Source of the DNA: Leptospira sp.
Lineage (GTDB): Bacteria > Spirochaetota > Leptospiria > Leptospirales > Leptospiraceae
NCBI GenBank assembly: GCA_034439575.1
Contig: JAWXAQ010000005.1
Coordinates: forward strand, 32,001-96,000
Direction of reading: 5' to 3'
Length of the DNA stretch: 64,000 nucleotides
The position numbers and the translations under genes are program-made. This document shows, one piece after another, positions 9,316 to 19,748 of the stretch. The notes beneath the pieces are model-generated. The model had not been told where the DNA came from and made no database searches. It saw nothing but the letters and a program-made list of their open reading frames with translations. Every line of letters begins with the position of its first letter. Within the stretch, counting starts at the first letter, position 1.

Positions 9316-10654
9316 ATCAGATCTTCTCAAGAAATATGATATCCCTGCACCAAGGTACACTAGTTATCCGACAGTACCTTATTGGAAAAATAATCCAACA
9401 ACTGAGGAATGGTTAAAATCTTTAGAATCAAATTTAGAAAATCCAAAAAGTGAAATATCATTGTATGTTCATATTCCCTTTTGTGAAACTCTATGTACTT
9501 TTTGCGGATGTAATACTTCTATTACAAAAAATCATAACGTGGAAGAAAGGTATGTAGACGCCCTTCTTTCTGAAGTGGATCTTTATCAAAAAAATATACC
9601 TATTCTGAAATCTAAACAATTGCGTGATTTGCATTTAGGTGGTGGTACACCCACTTTTCTTTCGGAAAAAAATTTAGAAAGACTAATCAGTGGGATCTTA
9701 TCAAATTTCAAACAATCACCTAACTCTGAATTTTCTTTAGAAATTGACCCGAGAAGAACAAGACTTTCGCAATTGGAATTGTTGTACAAATATGGTTTTA
9801 GACGAATTAGTCTTGGCATCCAAGACTTTGATCCACACGTTCAGAGATTGATCAATAGAATTCAACCTTTTGAAATCACACAATCTATTACAAATGGAGC
9901 ACGTAATCTAGGTTATACATCTGTAAATTTTGATTTAATCTACGGATTACCAAATCAAACCTCTAAATCAATTCAAAATACCATGATTCAAACACTATCT
10001 CTAATGCCAGATAGGATCGCATTTTATTCCTATGCACATGTCCCTTGGATCAAACCTTCACAAAGATTATTTACAGAAGCTGATCTGCCAGGAGCTGAAC
10101 AAAAACGGGAACTATATGAATTAGGCCGATCTATTTTAGAAGATAATGGATATATCGAAATAGGGATGGATCACTTTGCACTTAAACACGATAAATTAAC
10201 AATTGCTCATAAAAACAAAACTCTTCACAGAAACTTTATGGGATACAGTAGCCATAAAACAGATATTATGTTGGGTATTGGTACTTCTGCTATCTCGGAA
10301 ACTGAAGATTTTTTCTTTCAAAATATTAAATTGGAAGTAAAATATAGACAAAGTTTAGAAAAAAAAGAATTACCAAATTTGAGGGGTCACAAACTAACAG
10401 ACTCAGATAAATTAAGAAAAAAATTAATCATAGAACTTATGACAAATTGGGAAGTAGAAGTTCCCATTACCCTTGTAGAAGATTTAAAAAATTATCTATC
10501 GACTCTTGAAGATGACAAATTACTTATTTGGGATAAAAATAAACTCAAAGTCACAGAACAAGGGAAACCTTTTTTAAGAATCATTGGAACAGCGTTCGAT
10601 GAAAATTTTCGTGAAAGTAAAAAGGAGTCATCCTTATTTTCTAAGGCCATCTAG
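9305..10654 (+). CDS. hemN: Oxygen-independent coproporphyrinogen III oxidase
   Basis: PRYTSYPT, HIPFCxxxCxxC, GGGTP, IGMDHFA, RNFMGY; ATG 9305 preferred. Confidence 0.96.
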   Translation: MLTKSDLLKKYDIPAPRYTSYPTVPYWKNNPTTEEWLKSLESNLENPKSEISLYVHIPFCETLCTFCGCNTSITKNHNVEERYVDALLSEVDLYQKNIPILKSKQLRDLHLGGGTPTFLSEKNLERLISGILSNFKQSPNSEFSLEIDPRRTRLSQLELLYKYGFRRISLGIQDFDPHVQRLINRIQPFEITQSITNGARNLGYTSVNFDLIYGLPNQTSKSIQNTMIQTLSLMPDRIAFYSYAHVPWIKPSQRLFTEADLPGAEQKRELYELGRSILEDNGYIEIGMDHFALKHDKLTIAHKNKTLHRNFMGYSSHKTDIMLGIGTSAISETEDFFFQNIKLEVKYRQSLEKKELPNLRGHKLTDSDKLRKKLIIELMTNWEVEVPITLVEDLKNYLSTLEDDKLLIWDKNKLKVTEQGKPFLRIIGTAFDENFRESKKESSLFSKAI

Positions 10655-11899
10655 TTGAAACCACCAATAATCGTGATTGGCGGTGGAATCAGTGGCCTTG
10701 TAACAGCATACCATGCGCAAAAAAAAGGACAGAAAGTTATACTTTTTGAAAAAACAGATCATTTAGGAGGATTCATTTCCACAAAACATACTGCATACGG
10801 TCTTGTAGAAACAGCCGCTAATGGTTTATTGTTAAATGAAAATATTGAATCCCTATTCAAAGAATTAAATTTAAAGTTCATTTTTCCGCAAGCACAAGCA
10901 AAACGAAGGTATTTTTATAAATTAGGGAAAATATTTCAATTCCCTTTCAATTTTTTTTCATTTATTCGTGCTATATTTGGATTTTTTTTTATCGATGCTT
11001 ACCCAAAAGATGAGGAAAATCTATGCAACTATTTTAACCGTATCTTAGGTTCTGATCTCACTTCCTCTGTCATTGAACCGGCAATTGGTGGAATTTATGC
11101 AGCTAAATTAGATCAACTTGATCCTCGCATGGTATTCTCTCAAATTAATTGGAAAAAAAATAGAAGTCTTTTCAAACACATTCTATCTCGAAAAAAAGGA
11201 AACAAAACACTCGGTCTAATTTCATTTCAGCATGGAATGGGAGAACTCGTTTCTGCATTAAAAAATAATTTAGGACCTAATGTAAGTATTCATCTAAATA
11301 CGGATGCTCCTTCCCTCGCTACTCTTCAAACTAAGTATAAAAATCCAATCATTCAAATTTGTCTTTCCTTGAAATCTTGTGAATCTTATATACGGGAAAA
11401 TTTTCCATCAGCATTAGATTTTAATAAAAATATAAATCTTTCGTATCTGACAATTAGTAGTATCACAAATTTCTATCAAAATCGCCTAACCAATAAATCA
11501 GGCTTCGGAATTTTATTTCCACAAGATCAAGGTATATTAGCATATGGAGTGATCTTCAATTCGGATATTTTTAAAGATCGCACAGTCAATGAAACTCACC
11601 ATTCTGAAACTTGGATTTATGCAGGAAATTTTTTGGATGAGCTGAGTGAGACAGAAATATTAGAGTTTCAAATGAAAGATAGAAAATTGATTAATCAAAA
11701 TCAAGAAACACCTATCGGAAGCTATATCACTAATTGGAAAAATTCGTTTCCGATCTATGACAAAAATTTATGGGAATGGAATTTATTTTTAGATCGATTG
11801 GAAAATTCAAGCGAACTTAATGGGTATCAACTAAAATTTAAAGGAAACTATCGTAGGGGGATCGGTCTTCGTAATTTAATCGAGATGGCATCCAGCTAA
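10655..11899 (+). CDS. hemG: FAD-dependent protoporphyrinogen oxidase (HemY-type)
   Basis: GGGISG FAD motif, GIYA, GFGIL, GIG near the C-terminus; last gene of the hem operon. Confidence 0.85.
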   Translation: MKPPIIVIGGGISGLVTAYHAQKKGQKVILFEKTDHLGGFISTKHTAYGLVETAANGLLLNENIESLFKELNLKFIFPQAQAKRRYFYKLGKIFQFPFNFFSFIRAIFGFFFIDAYPKDEENLCNYFNRILGSDLTSSVIEPAIGGIYAAKLDQLDPRMVFSQINWKKNRSLFKHILSRKKGNKTLGLISFQHGMGELVSALKNNLGPNVSIHLNTDAPSLATLQTKYKNPIIQICLSLKSCESYIRENFPSALDFNKNINLSYLTISSITNFYQNRLTNKSGFGILFPQDQGILAYGVIFNSDIFKDRTVNETHHSETWIYAGNFLDELSETEILEFQMKDRKLINQNQETPIGSYITNWKNSFPIYDKNLWEWNLFLDRLENSSELNGYQLKFKGNYRRGIGLRNLIEMASS

Positions 11900-12973
11900 T
11901 TTTTCACCGCCATACTTTTTGCACAAACATACGTTATATACTTTTCCTTCATGGCTTTCAAGAATTAATTTCGCTAGAAATTCTATAAAAGGAGGATAAA
12001 TACCTAATGCTGGAATGCGATGATAAGAACCTGCACCTGCCTTTAATGCGATCTCTTTAAGTTCCACACCGATTTCTTCTAGTGTCTCTAGATGATCACC
12101 GACAAAACTTATTGGATAAACAACAATGTTTTTCCTTTTTCCACCTAATTCGCGCAAAACGTCTTTTGTGTTCGGTTCTGTCCATTTAGCTCGACCTACT
12201 CGACTTTGAAATGATAAATGATGGCTCCCATAAAAACCTAAAGATCTCAATTTTGTTAAGATGTTTTCAATCATCTCATTCAATTGAATTACATACATGT
12301 CTCCTTTATCTATCAATCGCATCGGAATACCATGTGCAGAAAAGACTAAGTCTACATTTTGCCAATTCAGAATTGAATTTGGAGAATCAAAATGAGGATA
12401 ATCCATCTCATTTAAGTTATTTGTAAAATAATCATATATAAACTGACTAGTAATGTTAATAAACCTGGAATCTAGTCCAAAGGGTTCAATCCAACCTTCA
12501 TTGGACATTGGGCATACGCCTGTTAAAGATTGGTAGATAGAAGCAGTTGAAAGTACCGTGGATCTAGAAAATTGAGGGTACAATGCTAAGTGAATATTAT
12601 CTTTATTTGGTTTATTACTTTTGTTTACAAAGTCTTTGATATTGGGTGCGCCACATGCCATGAGAATATTTCCAGACCAATTATCACCCGTCATTTGATC
12701 TAAAACTTCTTTAATCCCAATTAGTTGTTTATTTGTTTCATCAAACAAGGGAGATCCGCCGCCATAACCCATAGAAGCATATGTTTTTTTTACTTTTTTA
12801 GTTCTAGTCTTTGCAATGAAAATGGCTAATAATTTTCGTATCGGTTCCCATAATGGTAAATCAAAAACATATGGATCAAGAAACAGATCCAATAGAAATT
12901 TTTCAATTTCATTTTCATTCCTTGGGCCACCTAGATTCAAAAGAGTAAACGTTTTAATTTTTGTTTGGTTCAT
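11876..12973 (-). CDS. hemH: Ferrochelatase
   Basis: LLNLGGP, GGGSP, LYPQFS, FSAHGIP, FQSRVG..WTEP, FVGDHLETLEEI; ATG 12973 preferred. Confidence 0.96.
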   Translation of the reverse strand: MNQTKIKTFTLLNLGGPRNENEIEKFLLDLFLDPYVFDLPLWEPIRKLLAIFIAKTRTKKVKKTYASMGYGGGSPLFDETNKQLIGIKEVLDQMTGDNWSGNILMACGAPNIKDFVNKSNKPNKDNIHLALYPQFSRSTVLSTASIYQSLTGVCPMSNEGWIEPFGLDSRFINITSQFIYDYFTNNLNEMDYPHFDSPNSILNWQNVDLVFSAHGIPMRLIDKGDMYVIQLNEMIENILTKLRSLGFYGSHHLSFQSRVGRAKWTEPNTKDVLRELGGKRKNIVVYPISFVGDHLETLEEIGVELKEIALKAGAGSYHRIPALGIYPPFIEFLAKLILESHEGKVYNVCLCKKYGGEKLAGCHLD

Positions 12974-14855
12974 AAGATACAAAGTCACACTGCGGATATC
13001 TAGAACAAAAATAAATAGTTTTTCCGTTTTTAGAAAATTTACTTCTTACTTCCCCGCTCCCACATATTGGACAAATTGATTTCTGAATACTTTCCTTTTT
13101 TTCTGTAACAAATGTTTGGGCTTTAGCATCCTTGCTTTTTATTGATTCTGCTTTAGTAGGCTCAGTGGAATATTTACCTTTTTTTAATTTTAAAACTGTT
13201 TTATAAAAAGAATCTATGAGTTGAATTTTATCGCCAATTCCGTTGGCTAGATCATCCAATGAACTTTCCATATTCTTTGTGAATGTTTCACCAATTAACT
13301 CTGAAAAGTTATTAATTAAAAATCCATTCACATTTTCACCTAATCTAGATACACCTAACCTAGATTTAACTTCCAATATATACTTACGTTTTTTTAAAGT
13401 TTCTAAAGTTTGAGAATATGTAGATGGTCGTCCAATCCCAGTTTTTTCCATCTTAGCGATAATTTGACCTGGAGTATATCTTTCCTTAGGTGATGTTACT
13501 TTATTCTCAACTAAGAATTTTTGGCAAGGGAATACATCTCCGATTTTGATTTTAACTTGTTTCTTTTCTAATAACTTATCAGAGTTATAAAAATCTTTAT
13601 AACCATTTGAAACTACTTCCCTTTGGATACGTTTCCACTTTTCTCCCTTAGATTCAAAGATAAAACTATGATCAATACCTTTTTCAGGAGCCAGTAAACT
13701 CGTCATTAGTCTTTGCCATATTAAATTATAAATTGCAGATTCATCTTTTGTTAAAAATTGTTTGATTCTCTCCGGAATTAATCTAGGATCAGTCGGGACA
13801 ATGGCTTCATGAGCATCTTGTGCATGTAACTTTGATTTGTTAGCCGTCTGATTTATTATCTCAAGTTTCGGAAAGTTTTCCCTAAGATACTGCGTAGCTA
13901 ATTTCTTTTTTGCATCTGAAACCCGAGTAGAATCAGTTCGCATATAGGTAATCAAACCAAATATCTCACCATTCACTTTTTTTCCCTCATATAAGGCTTG
14001 GGCAATTCGCATCGTTTGCGTGGGATTTAAATTTAAAACTTTAGCGGCTGTTTCTTGCAAACTTGCAGTCGTAAATGCTCGAGGTGCATTGTTAGTGAAT
14101 TTTTTTGTTCCCATTTCAATCGATTGAAATGGAACTTCCTTTTTAAGAGAACCATCTGGATTCACTTTAAAAAGTTCTAATAGTTGATTAGATTTCTCTT
14201 TATTTAATCTGCCTTCTTCCTCTTCTAAAAGATAATTAAGTTCCCACTCACCATCTTTTGTATTTATGATAGCTTTTAAAGAAACGTATTCTTCGGGATT
14301 AAAATTTCTAATTTCAATTTCGCGTTCACATAACCATTTCAATACGGCGGATTGAACTCGACCAGCAGACAAACCTGATATTTTTAAAACTTTCCATAAA
14401 ACAGGTGAAATTTCAAATCCAAATATACGATCGATCAGTCTTCGACAAACTTGAGAATTAACTAAGGAAATATCGATATTTCCAGGCTGTTTTAGGGATT
14501 CTAATAATTCTTTTTTTGAAATTTCTTTCAGACGAAGTCGAAATTTTTTGGCTTTAACAGATCCCAGTTCTTCTGAGATATGCTCTGCGATCATCTCTCC
14601 TTCCCGATCTGGGTCAGAGGCGATATAAATGACATCAGCATTTTTTGCTTTAGTTTTTATAGAAACAAATAATGTTTTTTTACCTTTTAACCATTGATAA
14701 ACGGGAGTAAAATTGTTTTTAAAATCAATACCATATTCTTTTGGGGGAAGGTCCTTGAGATGACCTTTGGTGGCAAAGACTTCCCAATCTTTATCTAAAT
14801 AAGATTGAAGAGCCTTTGCCTTTGTGGGAGATTCGACAATTAGAAGTTTGGTGAT
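12954..14855 (-). CDS. topA: DNA topoisomerase I, probable ATC start
   Basis: 87 in-frame codons upstream of ATG 14594 encode LIVESPTKAK..GH..DPDREGE (TOPRIM); also SAGRVQ, LITYMRTDS, AHEAI, GIGRPSTY and a C-terminal Zn ribbon. Confidence 0.93.
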   Translation of the reverse strand: MTKLLIVESPTKAKALQSYLDKDWEVFATKGHLKDLPPKEYGIDFKNNFTPVYQWLKGKKTLFVSIKTKAKNADVIYIASDPDREGEMIAEHISEELGSVKAKKFRLRLKEISKKELLESLKQPGNIDISLVNSQVCRRLIDRIFGFEISPVLWKVLKISGLSAGRVQSAVLKWLCEREIEIRNFNPEEYVSLKAIINTKDGEWELNYLLEEEEGRLNKEKSNQLLELFKVNPDGSLKKEVPFQSIEMGTKKFTNNAPRAFTTASLQETAAKVLNLNPTQTMRIAQALYEGKKVNGEIFGLITYMRTDSTRVSDAKKKLATQYLRENFPKLEIINQTANKSKLHAQDAHEAIVPTDPRLIPERIKQFLTKDESAIYNLIWQRLMTSLLAPEKGIDHSFIFESKGEKWKRIQREVVSNGYKDFYNSDKLLEKKQVKIKIGDVFPCQKFLVENKVTSPKERYTPGQIIAKMEKTGIGRPSTYSQTLETLKKRKYILEVKSRLGVSRLGENVNGFLINNFSELIGETFTKNMESSLDDLANGIGDKIQLIDSFYKTVLKLKKGKYSTEPTKAESIKSKDAKAQTFVTEKKESIQKSICPICGSGEVRSKFSKNGKTIYFCSRYPQCDFVSYEPNKN

Positions 14856-14868
14856 ACCTTACTCCGAA

Positions 14869-15783
14869 TTAAACAAACAATCCATCTACAGACAAATATC
14901 TTTCTCCCGTATCATAGCAGAAAGTAAGGACCTTCGATCCCGCAGGAATTTCTTTTAGTTTTTTTGCAACAGCTGCTAAACTTGCTCCAGAAGAGGCGCC
15001 GATAAAAATTCCTTCTTTTTTTGCTATCGTAACGGCCATGTTAAACGATTCGTCTTTTCCAACAGTAATGATCCCATCCAATAATTCTGTTTTACAATTT
15101 TTTGGGATAAAGCCTGCCCCAATTCCTTGCAATGGATGCGGGCCTGGTTTTCCACCGCTTAACACTGGTGAGCCTTCTGGTTCTACAGCAAATACTTGTA
15201 ATTTTGGAAATTTCTTTTTTAGAATTTCTGCACAACCAGAAATGTGTCCACCTGTACCTACACCAGTAATCAAGTAGTCCAATCCATCTGGGAAATCTTT
15301 CGCAATTTCTTCAGCAGTAGTCTTTCTATGAACATCAATGTTCGCATCGTTTTCGAATTGTTGTGGCATCCAAGCATTTGGATTTGAAGCAACCATTTCA
15401 GTCGCTTTTGCTATCGCACCAGGCATTCCCTTTTCGCGAGGAGTGAGTTCAAAATTGGCACCATAAGCGGCCATGATACGTCTGCGTTCTATCGACATAT
15501 GTTCCGGCATAACGAGTGTAATAGGGTATCCTTTAACACTTGCAACCATGGCAAGACCAATGCCCGTGTTTCCCGATGTCGGTTCGATGATAATAGAATT
15601 TTTTGTCAATTTGCCTGACTTTTCTGCATCTTCAATCATAGCGAGTGCGATACGATCTTTGATGGATCCACCTGGATTTTGTCTTTCTAACTTCAACCAT
15701 ACTTCATGACCTTCGCCAAAAAGTCGGGACAAACGAATGTGTGGGGTATTGCCTATAGCATCCAATATGCTGTTAAATTTCAT
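14869..15783 (-). CDS. cysK: Cysteine synthase A
   Basis: [35 protein letters not shown] 15783 has a GGAG SD. Confidence 0.96.
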   Translation of the reverse strand: MKFNSILDAIGNTPHIRLSRLFGEGHEVWLKLERQNPGGSIKDRIALAMIEDAEKSGKLTKNSIIIEPTSGNTGIGLAMVASVKGYPITLVMPEHMSIERRRIMAAYGANFELTPREKGMPGAIAKATEMVASNPNAWMPQQFENDANIDVHRKTTAEEIAKDFPDGLDYLITGVGTGGHISGCAEILKKKFPKLQVFAVEPEGSPVLSGGKPGPHPLQGIGAGFIPKNCKTELLDGIITVGKDESFNMAVTIAKKEGIFIGASSGASLAAVAKKLKEIPAGSKVLTFCYDTGERYLSVDGLFV

Positions 15784-16058
15784 AATAACTCCGATAGAGA
15801 TAATACTAGAAGGAAATGAGTTTTTGTCCACGAAGAAAATTTGGAAGATTCCCTAGTTCTTCAAAAAAAGAATGAATGAAAATTACTATATGATATATAG
15901 GAAGTTTCAGAAAATCAATTCAACGTTAGTCGACAAATATTGTAACTAAAAAAATCAATTCCAGGAAGTGATAACACGAAATCCTTGAACCAAATTTAAG
16001 TTATGTGCAAATTTGAAACTACGGTAAGTGAAAAATTAAATTTTTATAATGCTAAATA

Positions 16059-16607
16059 CTAATTTTCTTTTAATTTCTCAGCGACTTCTTTGAGTTTTTC
16101 TGAAAGGTCTCCGAGAGTTGTGGATTCTTTTTCTTGCAATGAGAGAGAAAATTTTTCCAAATCTTTTTGGATCTGTTCCTTTTTTTCACTGGCTCTCGAT
16201 GCCATTTTGCGAAGCAAATCTTCACGATAATTGCTAAAATCTGCTTCTTTCAATTCACCGAGATCCACCATGGATGTCACAATTTTTTCCAATCGTTCCG
16301 AAGTCAGATAATTAGCGCCAATGCCACCAAGGACTAAACGCTCAAACAAACCGGAAATATCACGACCCGTTTCGCGAATTAGAGAGGTAAGCATAAAATT
16401 TGAAAAGTCTTCGTTTCTTTGTCCGAGACTGACTTTTAAAAAGGTTTGGCCAAGAATTTTAGGGGTGATGTCTTCCCCAGTCATATTATCTAGCACTTTC
16501 ACTTCTTCACCGCCAATGATCATCTTAGCCACATCTTCAAGAGTGATGGTGGAACTGGTTTCCGGATCATATAGCCGTCTATTGGCGTATCGTTTTAGAA
16601 GCTTCAT
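16059..16607 (-). CDS. PHA-synthesis regulator (PhaR-like DNA-binding domain) protein
   Basis: N-terminal [16 protein letters not shown] signature; coiled, phasin-like C-terminus. Confidence 0.8.
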   Translation of the reverse strand: MKLLKRYANRRLYDPETSSTITLEDVAKMIIGGEEVKVLDNMTGEDITPKILGQTFLKVSLGQRNEDFSNFMLTSLIRETGRDISGLFERLVLGGIGANYLTSERLEKIVTSMVDLGELKEADFSNYREDLLRKMASRASEKKEQIQKDLEKFSLSLQEKESTTLGDLSEKLKEVAEKLKEN

Positions 16608-16666
16608 TTGGGGGACGTAATTAAAATGTCTTTTCGTAAGCAGGGGTCAACTAAAATACAATCTGA

Positions 16667-17554
16667 ATGGTTCCCCTCTTTGGTGCAATACTCACTTCTT
16701 CTGAAAATGAAGCAAGTATGGAACTTCTTCTCTCCTTTCTCCGCTACCAAGGACTTAAGGCCGATAGTGTCAATGCCAAGAATTGGAAAGACAAAGACGA
16801 GGGAATCCGCGTATTTTCAAAACCAACACCAATGCTCGCCGCCGAATTATTGGAATGGAGTATTGAACCATTGTTATATGGCAATTTTACTGATGCGGAA
16901 TTAGAGGCATATTTTGATATAGGTGTAGTCCAAAACTGGAAAGAACCCATCACATCCCTCTTTCATATGCCAATTTTTATGTTAAAACCTGGTTCTGTTT
17001 TTTGGTCAATTTGTACGGGACATCCAAAATTTGATCGTATTTTATCATTTATACTTAGAAGTTTTGGACAAAACGTATCTGTCGAAGGAGAATTCAGTCA
17101 CCTAATTTCGAGAATACGAACAAACCCTGTGAATATAGTTATTTTTGATTGGGATCAAAAATATGATGGTATTAAAAATCAAATTTCCAAATTAAAAACC
17201 TTAAAGGAACAAAAAGAATTTTTGGTCATAGGTTTAAAAGATTTTGGCCGAGACAATCTGTACCGTGACTTAGCTTATGGGATCACAGAAATTTCACCCT
17301 CTTTATTTTCTTATGGAGAAATAATCGAAGTTATCGTAAGATCATTTCCGATTTTTCCTATTCGGACTCAGAATAAAAATGAATCAGAGGATTTCAAAAA
17401 AATACTTTTTGAGTTTCAAGAAAAATCAAAACCGGTTCGTTATTCTGTGGTTGAAGACCGTATCCGAATTGGACAACAAGAGGAAATGGAAACTCAAATT
17501 CATTCATTGACTCAAATTTATAGATGGTTGTTTAAAAGATCATTCCATAAGTAA
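16667..17554 (+). CDS. Hypothetical protein, possible degenerate receiver-like domain
   Basis: 295-aa ORF; VNIVIFDW segment resembles a receiver strand. Confidence 0.65.
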   Translation: MVPLFGAILTSSENEASMELLLSFLRYQGLKADSVNAKNWKDKDEGIRVFSKPTPMLAAELLEWSIEPLLYGNFTDAELEAYFDIGVVQNWKEPITSLFHMPIFMLKPGSVFWSICTGHPKFDRILSFILRSFGQNVSVEGEFSHLISRIRTNPVNIVIFDWDQKYDGIKNQISKLKTLKEQKEFLVIGLKDFGRDNLYRDLAYGITEISPSLFSYGEIIEVIVRSFPIFPIRTQNKNESEDFKKILFEFQEKSKPVRYSVVEDRIRIGQQEEMETQIHSLTQIYRWLFKRSFHK

Positions 17555-18316
17555 AAGATCATCGCTTGAGAGTTGGGTGGCTCCTCGATTGGGAAAAGCT
17601 TGTTCAAAAAACAATGCCGCCAATAAATCAAAATCTTCATCCTCAACAAAATTTTCTTTTTCCCACAATTCATTACGACGTTTGATAAGTAAGGATACAG
17701 TCGCATCCTCTAATGAAAAATCTATTTTAGCGCGATTCAATTCTCTAATAAAATAATTTAAATTATAAATTACGTAATCTCTAAACAATCGCAAACTTGC
17801 GAGAGTGGGTTCATACTTTAACAAGGCTTCCGTGAGATAACACGCCGTTTTGATTTCTTCTGTATTTTTATTTTCCTTAAAATTCCAAAATATCAAACTA
17901 ATAGTTTCTAACATTGATTTGGAACTATGATAACAACTGAGGATAAATTCTTTTTCGGTCTCGTTTTCGAAACTATACTTCCAAATATCAACAATGCGTT
18001 TTTCTGCTATTGCATTTTTGAGTTCGAGATCATAACTTTCGTTTGTTGGGATCGGATCAGATAATTTGATAAACAAATACTTTGTTTCGTAGGCAAACCG
18101 TGATTCTTTGGGGATATAATACTCTATCCAAATCGGTTCTTTATAATAATGAATCGCTTCACTGGGACTTAGGTCTGGAGTCACCTTTAAAGATTTTAAT
18201 TTGCGAACATCATCTGTTAAAACCTTTTTACCTTCAATGCGAGTGCGGCTACGTTTGATTTGCCTTAACTCAGATTTGTTGAGTAGAGGTTTCGGTTTAA
18301 AAGGTTGGCTCTCCAT
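17540..18316 (-). CDS. Hypothetical protein
   Basis: 258-aa ORF co-oriented with upstream genes. Confidence 0.7.
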   Translation of the reverse strand: MESQPFKPKPLLNKSELRQIKRSRTRIEGKKVLTDDVRKLKSLKVTPDLSPSEAIHYYKEPIWIEYYIPKESRFAYETKYLFIKLSDPIPTNESYDLELKNAIAEKRIVDIWKYSFENETEKEFILSCYHSSKSMLETISLIFWNFKENKNTEEIKTACYLTEALLKYEPTLASLRLFRDYVIYNLNYFIRELNRAKIDFSLEDATVSLLIKRRNELWEKENFVEDEDFDLLAALFFEQAFPNRGATQLSSDDLLLME

Positions 18317-18334
18317 ACATATATAATCGTCAGT

Positions 18335-18838
18335 TCACAAAACTTGCGTAAGAAAAGATCGTATCCAAAAGCTAAACGGATTGATGATACCCGTATCAAA
18401 AAACAAAACTTCACCTTTTCCATTTAAAAAAATAGTAGTGGGAAAGGCAGAGACCCCAAAGTCCCTTAAAATTTCATAATTCCCGTGTAAAACTGGATAC
18501 TTGATATTGTGGGTCGTTACATATTCTGATAACTCTTTACTTTCTTCATCTTCAACAACAGAAAGGAAAACCGTATCCTCACCTATCAATTTCAAATTTT
18601 GTTCTAAAATAAAGGAATAAGCCTTACATACACTGCACCAAGTGGCCCAAAAATAGACGATCTTTGGTTTGTTTTCCCACTGTCCTTGTTCGACAGGAGT
18701 GCTTGCGAGGGAATCTATGGGAATCCTAGGATGGGTGCTTTTTCCCCGAAAAAGAGCAAAGCCCAATGTCGCAGAAAAAAACATAAAAAAGGCCAAAGCC
18801 ATTTTTGCAGGATACGGCCAATTTTTCCAAAAGATCAT
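18335..18838 (-). CDS. Membrane-anchored TlpA/redoxin-family thioredoxin
   Basis: N-terminal TM, FWATWCSVC, FPTT cis-Pro loop. Confidence 0.85.
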   Translation of the reverse strand: MIFWKNWPYPAKMALAFFMFFSATLGFALFRGKSTHPRIPIDSLASTPVEQGQWENKPKIVYFWATWCSVCKAYSFILEQNLKLIGEDTVFLSVVEDEESKELSEYVTTHNIKYPVLHGNYEILRDFGVSAFPTTIFLNGKGEVLFFDTGIINPFSFWIRSFLTQVL

Positions 18839-18848
18839 TTTATGCCTC

Positions 18849-19748
18849 TTAATGTAAGACAGGTGTAGAGGTGGAAAAGTTACCAAACATCAAAAAGAGT
18901 ATCAAAAGAAACCAAAGAAAGCCAGATACCAAGACGGCTCGGTCTGTTAAAATGGCCTTCGTCGGGTCGTGACCCATGTTCTTTATATATATAATATAGA
19001 GGCTACGAAATATCGCATACACAACGATGGGAACTGTATAAACCATATGTTCCGTTCCAAGACTCTTGGCTGTGATCGGACTGACCGTATACATTACATA
19101 ACTAACCAATGTTAATGTAGCGACAACCCCCATCATCAAATCCAAAAATTCGACGGAGTATTCTTGTAAAATTTTCCGGTGTTTGCCTGCATCCGATTTG
19201 AGAATAGTGATTTCGCCTCTTCGTTTAGAAAATCCCCAAAATAAGGCTAACATAAATGTGCAGAGAAGTAACCAGTCAGAAAATTGAACATCTATGACCA
19301 TGGCGCCAGCTATCGCTCGCAAAACAAATCCTATGGAGATACTCATTACATCCAAAATAACTATATGTTTTAGAATTTTACTATAAACAATGTTAAATGC
19401 TAAATAAAACAAGGTCAAAAAGAAAAATGGTTTTGAAAGAAGGTAAGCTCCAATCAAGGCAAAAGGCAGTATAACACCTGTTATCGCAAGCGCTAAGCCT
19501 GAATCAAGAGCACCACTGGCAAGAGGTCTATGTTTTTTTTCTGGGTGTTTTGAGTCTTCTTCTCTGTCTAAAAAATCATTGAAGACATATTGAGAACTAG
19601 CAACTAAGGAAAATAAAAAAAATCCCAAACTGACTTTGGTGAGCGAAGGTACATCAAAAATTTTTTTGGAAAAAATCAAACCCGCAAATAGGATCACATT
19701 TTTGATCCATTGCGGGAGCCTCATTAATTTGATGTAAAGTAATATCAC
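18849..19748 (-). CDS. UbiA-family polyprenyl-phosphate phosphoribosyltransferase
   Basis: RLPQWIKN, NDFLDREEDSKHPEKKHRPLASG, GFVLRAIAG, KRRGE, DPT. Confidence 0.88.
   Translation of the reverse strand: MILLYIKLMRLPQWIKNVILFAGLIFSKKIFDVPSLTKVSLGFFLFSLVASSQYVFNDFLDREEDSKHPEKKHRPLASGALDSGLALAITGVILPFALIGAYLLSKPFFFLTLFYLAFNIVYSKILKHIVILDVMSISIGFVLRAIAGAMVIDVQFSDWLLLCTFMLALFWGFSKRRGEITILKSDAGKHRKILQEYSVEFLDLMMGVVATLTLVSYVMYTVSPITAKSLGTEHMVYTVPIVVYAIFRSLYIIYIKNMGHDPTKAILTDRAVLVSGFLWFLLILFLMFGNFSTSTPVLH

Noticed and set aside
14595-14855. topA as a truncated pseudogene
   Set aside because: The upstream frame is intact and encodes a complete TOPRIM domain; only the start codon is atypical
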